A DNA stretch of 64,000 bases, from contig OY969801.1 of NCBI GenBank assembly GCA_963703225.1, positions 704,001 to 768,000 on the forward strand. The letters are read 5' to 3'. This DNA comes from Candidatus Eiseniibacteriota bacterium. Lineage in GTDB: Bacteria; Eisenbacteria; RBG-16-71-46; SZUA-252. Shown in pieces: positions 10,020 to 19,727 of the stretch. The position numbers and the translations under genes were made by a program. Numbering within the stretch: the stretch's first letter is position 1; each line of letters starts with the position of its first letter. The notes under the pieces were generated by a model. It searched no databases and had not been told where the DNA came from. It saw only the letters and a program-made list of their open reading frames with translations.

Positions 10020-11236
10020 TCGCGGCGCTCACGGCCTCCGCGCTGATCTTTTTTGGAGTCGGCTGCGCGAAGAACGATTCGGGCAAACGGACGGTCGTCT
10101 TCTGGCAGTTTTCCCCGCTCGCCGCGATCCAGCCGATCCTCGACCGATTCGAAGCCGAAAATCCCGCGATTCACGTCCAGGTGGAGCAGCTCACGTGGCA
10201 GAGCGGCCGCGAAAAGATCGTCGCCGCCGTCGCCGCGGGACGTCCGCCCGACCTCTGCGAGCTGGGCTCCACGTTCCTTCCCGGGCTGGTCGCCGACAGC
10301 ACGCTGGTCGACCTGACCGGGAAGATCGCCGACCTCCGCGGCTCGCTCCTGGGATGGAAGGTGGTGGGGTACCGAGACCGCGCCTACGCGCTTCCCTGGA
10401 TGCTCGGGACTCGCGCGATCTACATCAACGATGACCTCTTCGCGCGAGCCGGGCTCGACCCCAAGAAACCCCCGACCACCTGGGCCGAGCTGCTCCGCGC
10501 CGCGCGGCTGATCAGCGAGAAGGTTCCCGACGCCAAGGGATTCGGAATGAACGCGGGGGAACGGGAGATCCTCTTCAAGAAGTTCATGCCCTTCGCGTGG
10601 GGGAACGGCGGCGACATCCTCGATTCCACGATGACCCGGAGCGTCGTCGCGAGCGCGGCGAACCTCGAGGCCCTGAAGTTCTACCTTTCCCTCAAGCCAT
10701 ATTCCCTCCTCGACCGCCAGGAAATGCACGAGGAAGCGTTCGCCAAGGGACGGTTGGGGATCATCATCTCGGGACCCTGGCTGCTCCGGACGCTGCCGGA
10801 GCGGGCCCCCGATCTCCACTTCTCGGTCGCCCTCATGCCGTGTCCCGCCGTGGACCACGGCATTCCCGCCTCCTTCGCGGGCGCGGAAGTGCTCGGCGTG
10901 TTCCGGAACGCCAAAGCCCCCGATGACGCGCTCCACCTCGCCCGCTTCCTGGTTCGCGCCGAGAACACGATGCCGCTCTTCAAGGAAACGGGGAACGCGT
11001 TTCCGGCCGCGTGGGCCTCGGCCAACGATGCCTACTTCGCCGAGCATCCAAAGGACGTCGTCTTCCTCCTGCAGCTCAAGACCGCGGTGGGCCCGCCGCT
11101 CCACCCCCGCTGGGTGGAGATCGAGGAGATACTGAACGCCGAGCTGGAAGAGGCGATTTACGGGCGGGAGTCGGCCCAGGCGGCGCTGGCGTCGGCGGAC
11201 TCCAAGATCAACGCGGCCCTCGCGCGTCGGCCGTGA
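9992..11236 (+). CDS. Sugar ABC transporter extracellular solute-binding lipoprotein
   Basis: Lipobox-like FGVGC; AAGRPPD, YALPW, IYINDDLF..AGLDP..PPTTWAEL; start approximate. Confidence 0.88.
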   Translation: MGSKGDTRVVAALTASALIFFGVGCAKNDSGKRTVVFWQFSPLAAIQPILDRFEAENPAIHVQVEQLTWQSGREKIVAAVAAGRPPDLCELGSTFLPGLVADSTLVDLTGKIADLRGSLLGWKVVGYRDRAYALPWMLGTRAIYINDDLFARAGLDPKKPPTTWAELLRAARLISEKVPDAKGFGMNAGEREILFKKFMPFAWGNGGDILDSTMTRSVVASAANLEALKFYLSLKPYSLLDRQEMHEEAFAKGRLGIIISGPWLLRTLPERAPDLHFSVALMPCPAVDHGIPASFAGAEVLGVFRNAKAPDDALHLARFLVRAENTMPLFKETGNAFPAAWASANDAYFAEHPKDVVFLLQLKTAVGPPLHPRWVEIEEILNAELEEAIYGRESAQAALASADSKINAALARRP

Positions 11237-12105
11237 AGGGCGGACGATCCCTCGTCGGAGTCGCCCCCTGGCTCACCTTCTTCGCGGTCTTCGGCCTCTT
11301 TCCTCTGGCACACGCGCTCGTCCTGAGCTTCTTCGCCTACAACCCGCTCCGCCCCGATCTGGCGCGGTGGGTGGGCTTTGACAACTACGCCCGCGCCCTC
11401 GCTTCTCCCTCGTTCTGGCATTCGCTCCGCACCACCGTGGTCTTCGCCGCGGGGACCCTCCCGGTCACGCTGACGCTGGCCTACGGGGTCGCGGCGCTCC
11501 TCGGGCGCGCCCGGCGGGCCGAGGGTTTCTTCAGGGCGGCGATCTTCTTTCCCGCGACGCTCTCCATGGTCGTGATCTCGCTGGTCTTCAAGTCGATGTA
11601 CGCGGAGGAAGGACTCCTGAACGGGTGGCTCGCGGGGGCCGGCTTGCCGCGACTCCACTGGCTCCTCGATTCGCACTTGGCACTCCCGTCGATCATGGCG
11701 ATGGATGTCTGGGCAAGCGTCGGCTACTACTCCATCTTGATTCTGGCCGCTCGAAAGACGCTCCCGGAGGAGCAGCTGGAGGCCGCGCGGCTCGAGGGGT
11801 TGCCGGCGCTCGCCATCGAGAGAAGGATCGTCCTCCCGCACGTTCAGCCGGTGCTCCTCTTCGTCGTGCTGCTCAACACGATCCGGTCGTTTCAGATCTT
11901 CATCGAGGTCTTCGTCCTGACTCGGGGCGGGCCGCTCGAGAGCACGCTCACCCTCGTCTACCACCTCTACGAGCGCGCCTTCTATCACTTCGAGATGGGC
12001 TACGCGTCGGCCCTGGCGTTCCTTCTTCTGATCTTCGTCGGGCTGGTTCTCGTCATCCAAAGGCGTCTCTTGGGCCGCGAGGCGGCGGGAACGGGAACGG
12101 CGTGA
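11233..12105 (+). CDS. Carbohydrate ABC transporter permease
   Basis: WVGFDNY, EAARLEG EAA loop, TRGGP; GTGA overlap with upstream gene. Confidence 0.9.
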   Translation: MKGGRSLVGVAPWLTFFAVFGLFPLAHALVLSFFAYNPLRPDLARWVGFDNYARALASPSFWHSLRTTVVFAAGTLPVTLTLAYGVAALLGRARRAEGFFRAAIFFPATLSMVVISLVFKSMYAEEGLLNGWLAGAGLPRLHWLLDSHLALPSIMAMDVWASVGYYSILILAARKTLPEEQLEAARLEGLPALAIERRIVLPHVQPVLLFVVLLNTIRSFQIFIEVFVLTRGGPLESTLTLVYHLYERAFYHFEMGYASALAFLLLIFVGLVLVIQRRLLGREAAGTGTA

Positions 12106-12204
12106 GTGCTCGCGGCGTAACTCGGAGCGGGGTGGGCGGGAGCGGCGTGGGAGGGAGCGGCGTGAGCGCTCGCGGCATGGGAGGGAGCGGCATGGGCGCG
12201 CGCG
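12100..12204 (+). repeat. Seven degenerate 15-bp tandem repeats
   Basis: Units such as gcgtgagtgctcgcg, gcgtgggagggagcg, gcatgggagggagcg. Confidence 0.8.
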
Positions 12205-13013
12205 GCGTCTCGGTCTGGGTCTACGCGGCGCTCGGAGCGATCGCGCTCTTCTCGCTCGCGCCGCTTCTCTACATGGCGCGCGTCTCGCTGGGGAAGGGGG
12301 GCGATCTCCCGGTCGCGCCCGGCGACTGGTTTGGCCAGCCGCTCTCGTTCGCGCACTATCGCGACCTCTTCTCCGGCGGGCCGATGGCCCGGTTCGCCCT
12401 CAATTCGATCGTGGTCACCGGGATCGCCGTTCCGATCCAGATCCTCCTCGCCGCCGCCGCGGGGCACGCCCTCGCCCGAGTTCGGTTCGTGGGACGGGGC
12501 GTCTTTCTCGCGCTCGCGACCGCGTTTCTGATCCTGCCGCGCCAGGTGACTCTCGTGCCGCTCTATCTGCTGCTCGCGTCGGTGGGTCTCCTCGACACCT
12601 ATCCGGCGCTCATCCTGCCCCATCTGGCCGATCCCTTTGGCGTTCTCTTCATGGCCCACTACTATCGGACGATGTCGCCCGAGCTGGAGGAGGCGGCGCG
12701 CACCGACGGCTGGTCTTCCCGCGCCATCTTCTGGAGGATCGTGCTCCCCCTCTCAGGACCGGGGCTCGCGGTGGTGGGGGTGAATGGGTTCTTGATCACC
12801 TGGAACGCGTTCCTCCACCCTCTGGTCTTGACGACCTCCGAGTCGATGCGGACGCTCCCCGTCGGGCTCGCGCTCTTCGCGCAGTCGGAGCACAGCGTGG
12901 ACTGGGGCGCGCTCCTGGCGGGTTCGAGTGTGGCGACGGCACCGGTCCTGATCGCGTTCGCGTTCTTCCAGAGGCAGATCGTGGAGGGGATTTTGAAGGG
13001 GAGTGGACGGTGA
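12102..13013 (+). CDS. Carbohydrate ABC transporter permease
   Basis: ELEEAARTDG EAA loop, WNAFLHPLV, RTLPVGL; start ambiguous within the repeat. Confidence 0.9.
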   Translation: MSARGVTRSGVGGSGVGGSGVSARGMGGSGMGARGVSVWVYAALGAIALFSLAPLLYMARVSLGKGGDLPVAPGDWFGQPLSFAHYRDLFSGGPMARFALNSIVVTGIAVPIQILLAAAAGHALARVRFVGRGVFLALATAFLILPRQVTLVPLYLLLASVGLLDTYPALILPHLADPFGVLFMAHYYRTMSPELEEAARTDGWSSRAIFWRIVLPLSGPGLAVVGVNGFLITWNAFLHPLVLTTSESMRTLPVGLALFAQSEHSVDWGALLAGSSVATAPVLIAFAFFQRQIVEGILKGSGR

Positions 13014-13070
13014 GGTGGGGGCCTTCTGTGAATCGGCGGCGCTCGGTGACTCGAGGGCCGCGATGAGTCC

Positions 13071-14270
13071 ATGGCGCACGATGAGTGGAGGGCCGCGATG
13101 AGCCGCGCGGACGCGGCGGGCTACGCCCGCGCCGTCGGAATCATGAGCGGCACCTCGGCCGATGGCGTGGATGCCGTGGTCATTCGGGTCGAGCGGAGCT
13201 TGCCCAAGGCTCGAAGCGTGCTCCTGTCCTCGGCCTCGAGACCCTACACGGACGCCCTGCGCCGTCGCGTGCTCGGCGCGCAGGAAGGGACGCTCCCCAT
13301 GCGGGACCTCTTGGCGCTCCACGTCGAGCTGGCGGAGGTCGCGGCGTCGGCGGCGCGCGCCGCCCTCGATTCGCCGGACGCGCGCGGCCCGGCGCCCACA
13401 GTCGCCGGGTATCACGGGCAGACGGTGTTTCACGATCCGCACGGAGACCGCTCCGGGAAGCGGGTCTCCTCGCAGATCGGCGAGCCAGCGGTGATCGCGG
13501 CCGCGCTCGGCTGTCCGGTGGTGACCAATTTCCGGATGGCGGACATCCTCGCGGGCGGCGAGGGCGCACCCCTCGTGCCCCGCTTTGACTACCATCAGTT
13601 CGCGTCCGAGAAGCGGGACCGCGTGCTCCTCAATCTCGGGGGGATCGCCAACCTGACCCGGATCCCGGCTGGCGCCGGGCTCTCGGAGATCGTCGCGTTC
13701 GACTGCGGGCCGGGGAACATGCTGCTCGACGGCATCATCGCGTCGCAAAGCTCCGGTGGCGCGCGGTTCGACGCGGGAGGAGCGCTGGCGGCCGCGGGCC
13801 ACGCGGCCGAGGACGTGGTCCGTGATTTCCTTTCGGAGCCCTTCTTCACGCGGCGCCCGCCCAAGAGCGCGGGCCGGGAGGATTTTGGGGCGGGCTACCT
13901 TTCGAGGTTCCTCGCCCGGACCGAGAGGATGACGGTGGCCGATCGGCTCCGAACGGCGGCCGCGATCACCGCGTCAGCGGTGGCGAAGGGCATCGAGATG
14001 TCGGGGAAGGGAATCCCGAACGAGGTGCTCGTCTCGGGAGGCGGCGCCCGGAACGAAACGCTGCTGGAGGAAATCCGGTCGCGGCTGCGGGGCCCCCAAG
14101 TCTCGACGACGGAATCGCTCGGCGTGCCGGTCGAGGCGAAGGAGGCCATGGCATTCGGATTTCTGGCTCTCCTCACGATCCTGGGGCGGCCCGGCAACGT
14201 ACCTTCGGCCACCGGCGCCAAGAGGGAGGTCGTGCTTGGCTCCATCACGCCGCCGCCCAATCCGCGGTAA
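13071..14270 (+). CDS. anmK: Anhydro-N-acetylmuramic acid kinase
   Basis: GIMSGTSADGVD, HGQTV, GGEGAPLVP, NLGGIAN, FDCGPGN, PPKSAGRE, SGGGARN, KEAMAFG. Confidence 0.95.
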   Translation: MAHDEWRAAMSRADAAGYARAVGIMSGTSADGVDAVVIRVERSLPKARSVLLSSASRPYTDALRRRVLGAQEGTLPMRDLLALHVELAEVAASAARAALDSPDARGPAPTVAGYHGQTVFHDPHGDRSGKRVSSQIGEPAVIAAALGCPVVTNFRMADILAGGEGAPLVPRFDYHQFASEKRDRVLLNLGGIANLTRIPAGAGLSEIVAFDCGPGNMLLDGIIASQSSGGARFDAGGALAAAGHAAEDVVRDFLSEPFFTRRPPKSAGREDFGAGYLSRFLARTERMTVADRLRTAAAITASAVAKGIEMSGKGIPNEVLVSGGGARNETLLEEIRSRLRGPQVSTTESLGVPVEAKEAMAFGFLALLTILGRPGNVPSATGAKREVVLGSITPPPNPR

Positions 14271-14274
14271 TCGG

Positions 14275-15636
14275 GTGAGGCGAGCTCCGGTCGCGGTTGA
14301 CGCTCTCGCGATCGCGATCCTGGCCATCGCCGTTGCCGGTTGCGCCGGATCCAGACGCGAGTCTCCTGCGCCGACACCGACCGGCACTCCATCGTCCTCC
14401 GCGCCTTCCACGCCACAGCCCGGGGGGGTGACGAGGATCGCGCCCCCATCCGGCGATTGGAGGAATGTTCGGTCGATCAAGGTCGGCCTCGCGGTCGGCG
14501 CGGGTCGGGTCCTGGTTGCCGGGTCCAAGGACTGGACTCTGCGTCGCCTCCGCGGCGATGAGATCGCCCGGGAAAAGGGGGGTGCGCGGCTTCGCCTCAC
14601 GAGGATGGGAGCCGGCGCGTTTGAAGTCTTCCGGGAGGGCGAGCCCGCGCCCCTCTGGTCCGGCACGCCCGCCGACACGCTCGTGCTCGAGCCTGGAGAT
14701 CAGGGCTACTCGGGTTGGGGTGGCAACTGGTACCGCGGGACGTTCCGAATTTTCACGTCCCAACCCGACGGGCTCACGTTGGTGAACGACGTCGACATGG
14801 AGGGCTATCTCAAGAGCGTCCTGCCGCACGAAATCGGCACGCCGCCCGAGAGCGACTTCGAGGCGGTCAAGGCCCAGGCGGTGGCCGCGCGGTCGTACAC
14901 GCTCTCCTACCTGGGGCGCCGCGCGCCGCTCGGATTCGACCTCTACGCGTCGGTGGAAGACCAGGTCTACGGCGGGATCACCCGGGAGAACGAGCAGAGC
15001 GAGCGGGCGCTTCACGCCACCCGGGGGGAGGTGATCGTGAGCGAGGGCGCGCCGATTCGGGCGCTCTACTCCTCGACCTGCGGCGGCAGGACGGCCAACG
15101 TCGAGGACGTCTGGCCGTGGCCCTGGACGCCCTACCTGCGCAGCATCCGGGACGCCGACGATTCCGGCGATCACGACTACTGCTCCGGCTCGGCGAACTA
15201 TCGCTGGCGCGAAGAGTGGGACGCGGGCGCGTTCATGGCGATGCTCCGCCAATATGGTCCCGCGGAGGGGGGCGCGCTCAACGTCCTCTCGGGGGACCTG
15301 CTGGACGTGAAGGTGAAGACCCGATCCCGCTGCGGCCGAGTCCAGGAGCTGGCGGTCACCACCACCGAGGGAGACTGGATTCTCCGCGGCGACCGGACGC
15401 GATGGGGGATCCGCCGCCCCGGTCAGGCCGCGATCTTGCGGAGCAGCTTCTTCAAGATCGGGGTGGTCCGGAACGGCGCCGGGAAGCCGGTTCGCGTTGT
15501 GGCGAGCGGGGCCGGCAACGGACATGGAATCGGGCTCTGCCAGTTTGGCGCGATGGGGATGGCGAGGGCCGGGAAGGGCTACCGCGCGATCCTCTCCCAT
15601 TACTACAAGAGCACTTCCGTCACCCGCGTGGGGTGA
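14275..15636 (+). CDS. SpoIID/LytB-domain lipoprotein (lytic transglycosylase-like)
   Basis: Lipobox IAVAGC; YLKSVLPHEI, KAQAVAARSY, DQVYGG, YSSTCGG, GNGHGIGLCQFGA, ILSHYY. Confidence 0.9.
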   Translation: MRRAPVAVDALAIAILAIAVAGCAGSRRESPAPTPTGTPSSSAPSTPQPGGVTRIAPPSGDWRNVRSIKVGLAVGAGRVLVAGSKDWTLRRLRGDEIAREKGGARLRLTRMGAGAFEVFREGEPAPLWSGTPADTLVLEPGDQGYSGWGGNWYRGTFRIFTSQPDGLTLVNDVDMEGYLKSVLPHEIGTPPESDFEAVKAQAVAARSYTLSYLGRRAPLGFDLYASVEDQVYGGITRENEQSERALHATRGEVIVSEGAPIRALYSSTCGGRTANVEDVWPWPWTPYLRSIRDADDSGDHDYCSGSANYRWREEWDAGAFMAMLRQYGPAEGGALNVLSGDLLDVKVKTRSRCGRVQELAVTTTEGDWILRGDRTRWGIRRPGQAAILRSSFFKIGVVRNGAGKPVRVVASGAGNGHGIGLCQFGAMGMARAGKGYRAILSHYYKSTSVTRVG

Positions 15637-15717
15637 TTCGCGCGCGGCGGTCGTCGCACGGGACGGTCGCCAAGAGAGGCTGTCCTCGCACGGGCGCTGC
15701 CTGGCAGGGCTTTGAGA

Positions 15718-15746
15718 TTGACCCCTGCCGGCGGCCCGCCTATACT
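15718..15746 (+). promoter_or_regulatory. Sigma70-type promoter of tRNA-Asp
   Basis: TTGACC-N17-TATACT, 30 nt upstream of the tRNA. Confidence 0.75.
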
Positions 15747-15775
15747 CCCCGTTCTGCTTTCGAATGCCTCTCGGT

Positions 15776-15852
15776 GGGGTCGTAGTTCAGCTGGTTAGAA
15801 CGCCTGCCTGTCACGCAGGAGGTCGCGGGTTCGAGTCCCGTCGGCCCCGCCA
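15776..15852 (+). tRNA. tRNA-Asp (GTC)
   Basis: Cloverleaf: GGGGTCG/CGGCCCC acceptor stem, CCTGC-CTGTCAC-GCAGG anticodon arm, GTTCGA loop, encoded CCA. Confidence 0.97.
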
Positions 15853-15933
15853 CTTACTTCAAATCGGAAATCCACCAGTTGCCATCGACAAGCACGCCGG
15901 ACAGCAGCAAATTACGGCCGTGCCGCCGGCCCA

Positions 15934-17092
15934 CTACCCGATGGCGCACTCGTTCCTCCCCGATTCGAGCTCCTGGGCTTCCATGTCCCAGACTTGAAGT
16001 GAGCCCGAGGTTCACCGCCTTGATCTTCCGGTAGGCGTCGGGGGAGGTCCCGACCTTCCGCTTCACCCAGCTGATGAATTCGTCCGCGCCGCGAATCCGG
16101 AACGGCTCGTTGCCCCGGGCGAGCGCTTCGAGCGTGCGTCCCACGCTCCGGTCGGGTTCGCGCTCGGCGTCCGACGCGTAGTGGGCCGGGAGAACCCGCA
16201 GATCCGCGCGCCAGGAGCTGCGCGCGTTGTCGAGGCTCTGCCAGAGGATCGGTGTCCACTCGTCCGTCTTTCCCCCCAGATCGGGCCGGCCCACCGATGT
16301 GATGAAGAGGAAATCGCCGGTCAAAGCCGCGTCGTCTCCCGCGTGGTAGGTAACGCTCCCCATCGTGTGTCCCGGCGTGTGCTCGATGCGGATCGCCGCG
16401 CTCCCAACCGGGAGCGCTTGCCCTTCGGCGAGCGGCGCGAACTCGATGGTCGCCGGGGAACCGTCATAGGGAAGGATCGCGTCGGCGGGGTGGAGGTAGT
16501 AGGGAACGCGGAGCGCCTTGGAGAGCCCCGGCCCACCGCTGATGTAATCGGCGTGCGCGTGGGTGTCGGCGACGGCGACGACCTTGAGTCCCAGCTCCCG
16601 GGCGGTGTCGAGGTAGAGGCGGTTCTTGCGCGGGGGATCGACGAGGATCGCCTCCCCGCCGGCGGCGAGCAGATAGCCCAGATTACCCTTTGCGATTCGG
16701 TCGAACTGGATCAGATGATCGAACCCGACCGGGGGCTTCAGTGTGCGCGGCACCAGCGCGTCCGCCCACGCGGCCATGCCGCCCCGAATCGAGATCGCGT
16801 GAAACCCGATCTCGTTCAAGTGGAGCGCGACCTGCTTGCTGCTGTTTCCGCGCCCACAGACCACGACGAGAGGGCCGTCGGGGGCGAGGGCATCGGAGAT
16901 CGCTTCACCCCTAGCCAGAATCTCGGAGCCGCGGATGTTGATGAACCGCTCCGAGGGGACGATGTCGATTCGCCCCGTCGCCAATGCCTCCGGAGCGCGC
17001 ACGTCGAGGACCCGGACAGCCGCGCCTGACTCGACGGTGCGGACGAAGTCTTCAGGGGTCATCTCGGGTGCGTCGGGGACTCCCACCATCAT
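15934..17092 (-). CDS. Rhodanese plus MBL-fold metallo-hydrolase (persulfide dioxygenase-like); frameshift near 16000
   Basis: LDVR..VVCGRGNSS rhodanese; DTHAHADY, HTPGHT, TGDFLF..GRPD; shifted frame gives the plausible end ELESGRNECAIG*. Confidence 0.85.
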
Positions 17093-17165
17093 GCCAGTTT
17101 GAATCCCCCCGCCCAGACCGTCAACCCCGTTTGACCCAGCACCCGCGCCGGGGCAAGATACAGGG

Positions 17166-18224
17166 ATGGCCTCGAATCCCTCGCGGATTAGCGAAGTACT
17201 GCCCGGGCTCGCGTTCTCCATCCTCGTGGGGCTCGCCGCACGCCTGGTTCATCGCGCCCTCCCGCCGCACCTGGCCAGCTCGCTCGGAGAGGTGATCTTC
17301 GCGGTCGTGATCGGGCTCGTCCTGGGGAACCTCGCCGCCCTCCCCAAGATTCTTGCCCCGGGAATCCGGTTCTCGTTTCAAACGGTGCTGCGCGCCGCGA
17401 TCGTGCTCCTGGGGGCCGCCTTCTCGTTTCAGCAAGTCATGGCCATCGGGGGGAAGGCGTTGGTGATGATCGTCGCGCTCATGTCCTTAGCGCTCGCCGC
17501 GGCCCACCTCCTGGGGAAATTGGCGGGCGTGCCGGGCAGGCTCGCGACCTTGATCGGGGTCGGCACCGCGGTCTGCGGAAACTCGGCGATCGTCGCCGTG
17601 GCGCCGGTGATCCGCGCGCGCGACGAGGAGGTCTCGTTCGCGGTAGCGACGAACACGATCTTCGGGACCCTGGCGGTGCTCCTCTATCCGGTGATCGGCC
17701 GCCTCTTCCATTTCACCGATCCGCAATTCGGAACGTGGGCCGGCACGGCGGTCAACGACACGTCGCAGGTCGTTGCCACCGGATTCGCCTTCAGCGAGGC
17801 GGCGGGCCGCCTCGCGACCGCCGTGAAGCTGACCCGAAACGCCCTGATGGGCGGTGTGATCGTGGGCATCGGGCTCGCGTACGCGCGCGCCGGGGCGGAG
17901 ACGGGTGTGCCGGCCTCGTTCGGCCGTCGTCTCAAGGACTCACTCCCGGTATTCGTCCTGGGATTTCTCGCGATGGCGATCTTGAACACGTTCGGCGCGC
18001 TGGCCTGGCTCTCCCGGGTCGCCGGCCACGACGTGGCGGCGCTCCTTCGCGAGACGTCGCGGGCGATGATTCTCGTCGCCCTGGCCGGCGTGGGCCTCTC
18101 CACCCGTATCTCCGACATGCGTCGGACGGGCATCAAGCCCTTTCTCATCGGGCTCGCGGTGGCGGCGCTGACTTCGGGCGCGAGCCTCCTCCTGATCCGG
18201 ATCCTGGGACCCGCCTCCGGATGA
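17166..18224 (+). CDS. YeiH-like putative sulfate exporter family membrane protein
   Basis: LRAAIVLLG, GTAVCGNSAI, FGTWAGTAVNDTSQV, VKLTRN. Confidence 0.88.
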   Translation: MASNPSRISEVLPGLAFSILVGLAARLVHRALPPHLASSLGEVIFAVVIGLVLGNLAALPKILAPGIRFSFQTVLRAAIVLLGAAFSFQQVMAIGGKALVMIVALMSLALAAAHLLGKLAGVPGRLATLIGVGTAVCGNSAIVAVAPVIRARDEEVSFAVATNTIFGTLAVLLYPVIGRLFHFTDPQFGTWAGTAVNDTSQVVATGFAFSEAAGRLATAVKLTRNALMGGVIVGIGLAYARAGAETGVPASFGRRLKDSLPVFVLGFLAMAILNTFGALAWLSRVAGHDVAALLRETSRAMILVALAGVGLSTRISDMRRTGIKPFLIGLAVAALTSGASLLLIRILGPASG

Positions 18225-19174
18225 CCGAGCTTCCTCCGGGGTTCGTCCTCCGCCGTCCGGAGCGGTCGGACGCCGAAGGGATCCTGGCGCTCCTGATTGC
18301 CTGCGACCTGGCGGACGAGGGGCGGCCCGACACGACGATGGAGGATCTCGTGGCCGACTGGGCGCTCCCGCGCTTCGACCGCTCGCGCGACGCGTGGATC
18401 GTGGTCGCTCCTGACCGGTCGATCGCCGGCTATGCTTGGGGGTGGGATCGCGCGCCCCATGTCGACATCCAGGCGGATTTGCAAGTATTCCCGGAGCTTC
18501 GGCTGCGGGGAATCGAGGAGGTGCTGCTCGGCCTGCTCGAAACGCGCGGGCGCGAACATATCGGGGCGGCGCCGCGGGGAAAGGAAGTCCTCCTCTCCCT
18601 CTTCGCGAAGCCGGTGAGCGGGCTGGCCACGCTCCTCCAGTCGCGGGGATACAATCGGTCGCGGACGTTCTTGCGCCTGACCATCGAATTGCAGATGGGG
18701 TATCCCGCGCCGCTTGCGCCGCCGGGGATCGAGATCCGCCCGTTTCGCCGGAACGTCGACGAGCGGGCGCTCCACGACGTGATCGCGGAATCGTTCGCGG
18801 ATCACTTTCGCTTCGCGCCGGAGCCTCACGACGAATGGGTCGCGCGGCGCGTCGGCCATCCTGAATTCGATCCGGGGCTTTGGCGGATCGCCTGGGATGG
18901 AGAAACCGCCGCGGGTGGGGTCCTCCCATATCAGTTCGGCGATCTCGGTTGGATTCGGGAGCTGGGGGTGCGATCGGCGTGGCGCGGTCGCGGGATCGGC
19001 AAGGCGCTCCTTCTGGCCACCTTTCGCGAGTTCGACTCGCGCGGACAGCATCGCATCAGCTTGGGCGTGGACGCCGCCAACGCTTCCGGGGCCACCCGCC
19101 TCTATGAGAGTGTCGGAATGTACGAGGAGGACCGCCACGACCTCTTCCAGCTTTCGCTCCGCTCCCGGGACTGA
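18221..19174 (+). CDS. GNAT family N-acetyltransferase (tandem GNAT)
   Basis: LGVRSAWRGRGIGKALL, GVDAANASGATRLYESVG; ATGA overlap. Confidence 0.85.
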   Translation: MTELPPGFVLRRPERSDAEGILALLIACDLADEGRPDTTMEDLVADWALPRFDRSRDAWIVVAPDRSIAGYAWGWDRAPHVDIQADLQVFPELRLRGIEEVLLGLLETRGREHIGAAPRGKEVLLSLFAKPVSGLATLLQSRGYNRSRTFLRLTIELQMGYPAPLAPPGIEIRPFRRNVDERALHDVIAESFADHFRFAPEPHDEWVARRVGHPEFDPGLWRIAWDGETAAGGVLPYQFGDLGWIRELGVRSAWRGRGIGKALLLATFREFDSRGQHRISLGVDAANASGATRLYESVGMYEEDRHDLFQLSLRSRD

Positions 19175-19324
19175 ATCGATCCGGTGCCGCCCGGGTCCGG
19201 GGGTGGCTCCCCCGAAGGTGGGCTCAGGAGGCCCGCGCAAGTCCTTATGGCCCAACGGAGCGGCCGGCCGCCCGGGACGGCCTCGAGAATTCGTCGGGTT
19301 CGGGCCTTCGGCGAGCGATTTCCG

Positions 19325-19353
19325 TTGACGGGGCTTCGGGGCCTCCTTAATTT
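19325..19353 (+). promoter_or_regulatory. Sigma70-type promoter upstream of acidic small protein
   Basis: TTGACG-N17-TAATTT. Confidence 0.5.
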
Positions 19354-19417
19354 CCCGACGCAGTTTTCCGCACCCTTGGCGCAGTCCCCGCACCCACGGC
19401 CTTTGAGGAGTCTCATC

Positions 19418-19654
19418 ATGATCGGGCAGAGCTTCACCAGCGAGTTTGAGTTCTTGGAACCGACGCTTCCCAACAATCCGCTTGTCTGGGAGGCCAGGGA
19501 CCGCTACGACGACTTCACCGACAGCCTGGACGGCGACGACGACGAGATATACGAGGACGAAGAGGAAGAGGACGACGATTACGACGACGAGGATGACGAG
19601 GACGACGACGAGGACGACGAGGAAGAAGAGGACGAGGAAGAAGAAGACCTTTAG
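19418..19654 (+). CDS. Small, highly acidic protein (78 aa)
   Basis: GAGGAG SD at 19405-19410, ATG 19418; C-terminal half almost entirely Asp/Glu. Confidence 0.65.
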   Translation: MIGQSFTSEFEFLEPTLPNNPLVWEARDRYDDFTDSLDGDDDEIYEDEEEEDDDYDDEDDEDDDEDDEEEEDEEEEDL

Positions 19655-19727
19655 TCGCCGCGCACCCGCGGCGCCTCCCAGGACCCGCGCGTTGGGCGCG
19701 GATCGCCCCCCGATCGAGGATTTCCAC

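Noticed and set aside
15776..15935. tRNA-Asp as a possible integration site
   Set aside because: No integrase nearby and no duplicated tRNA 3' end seen.
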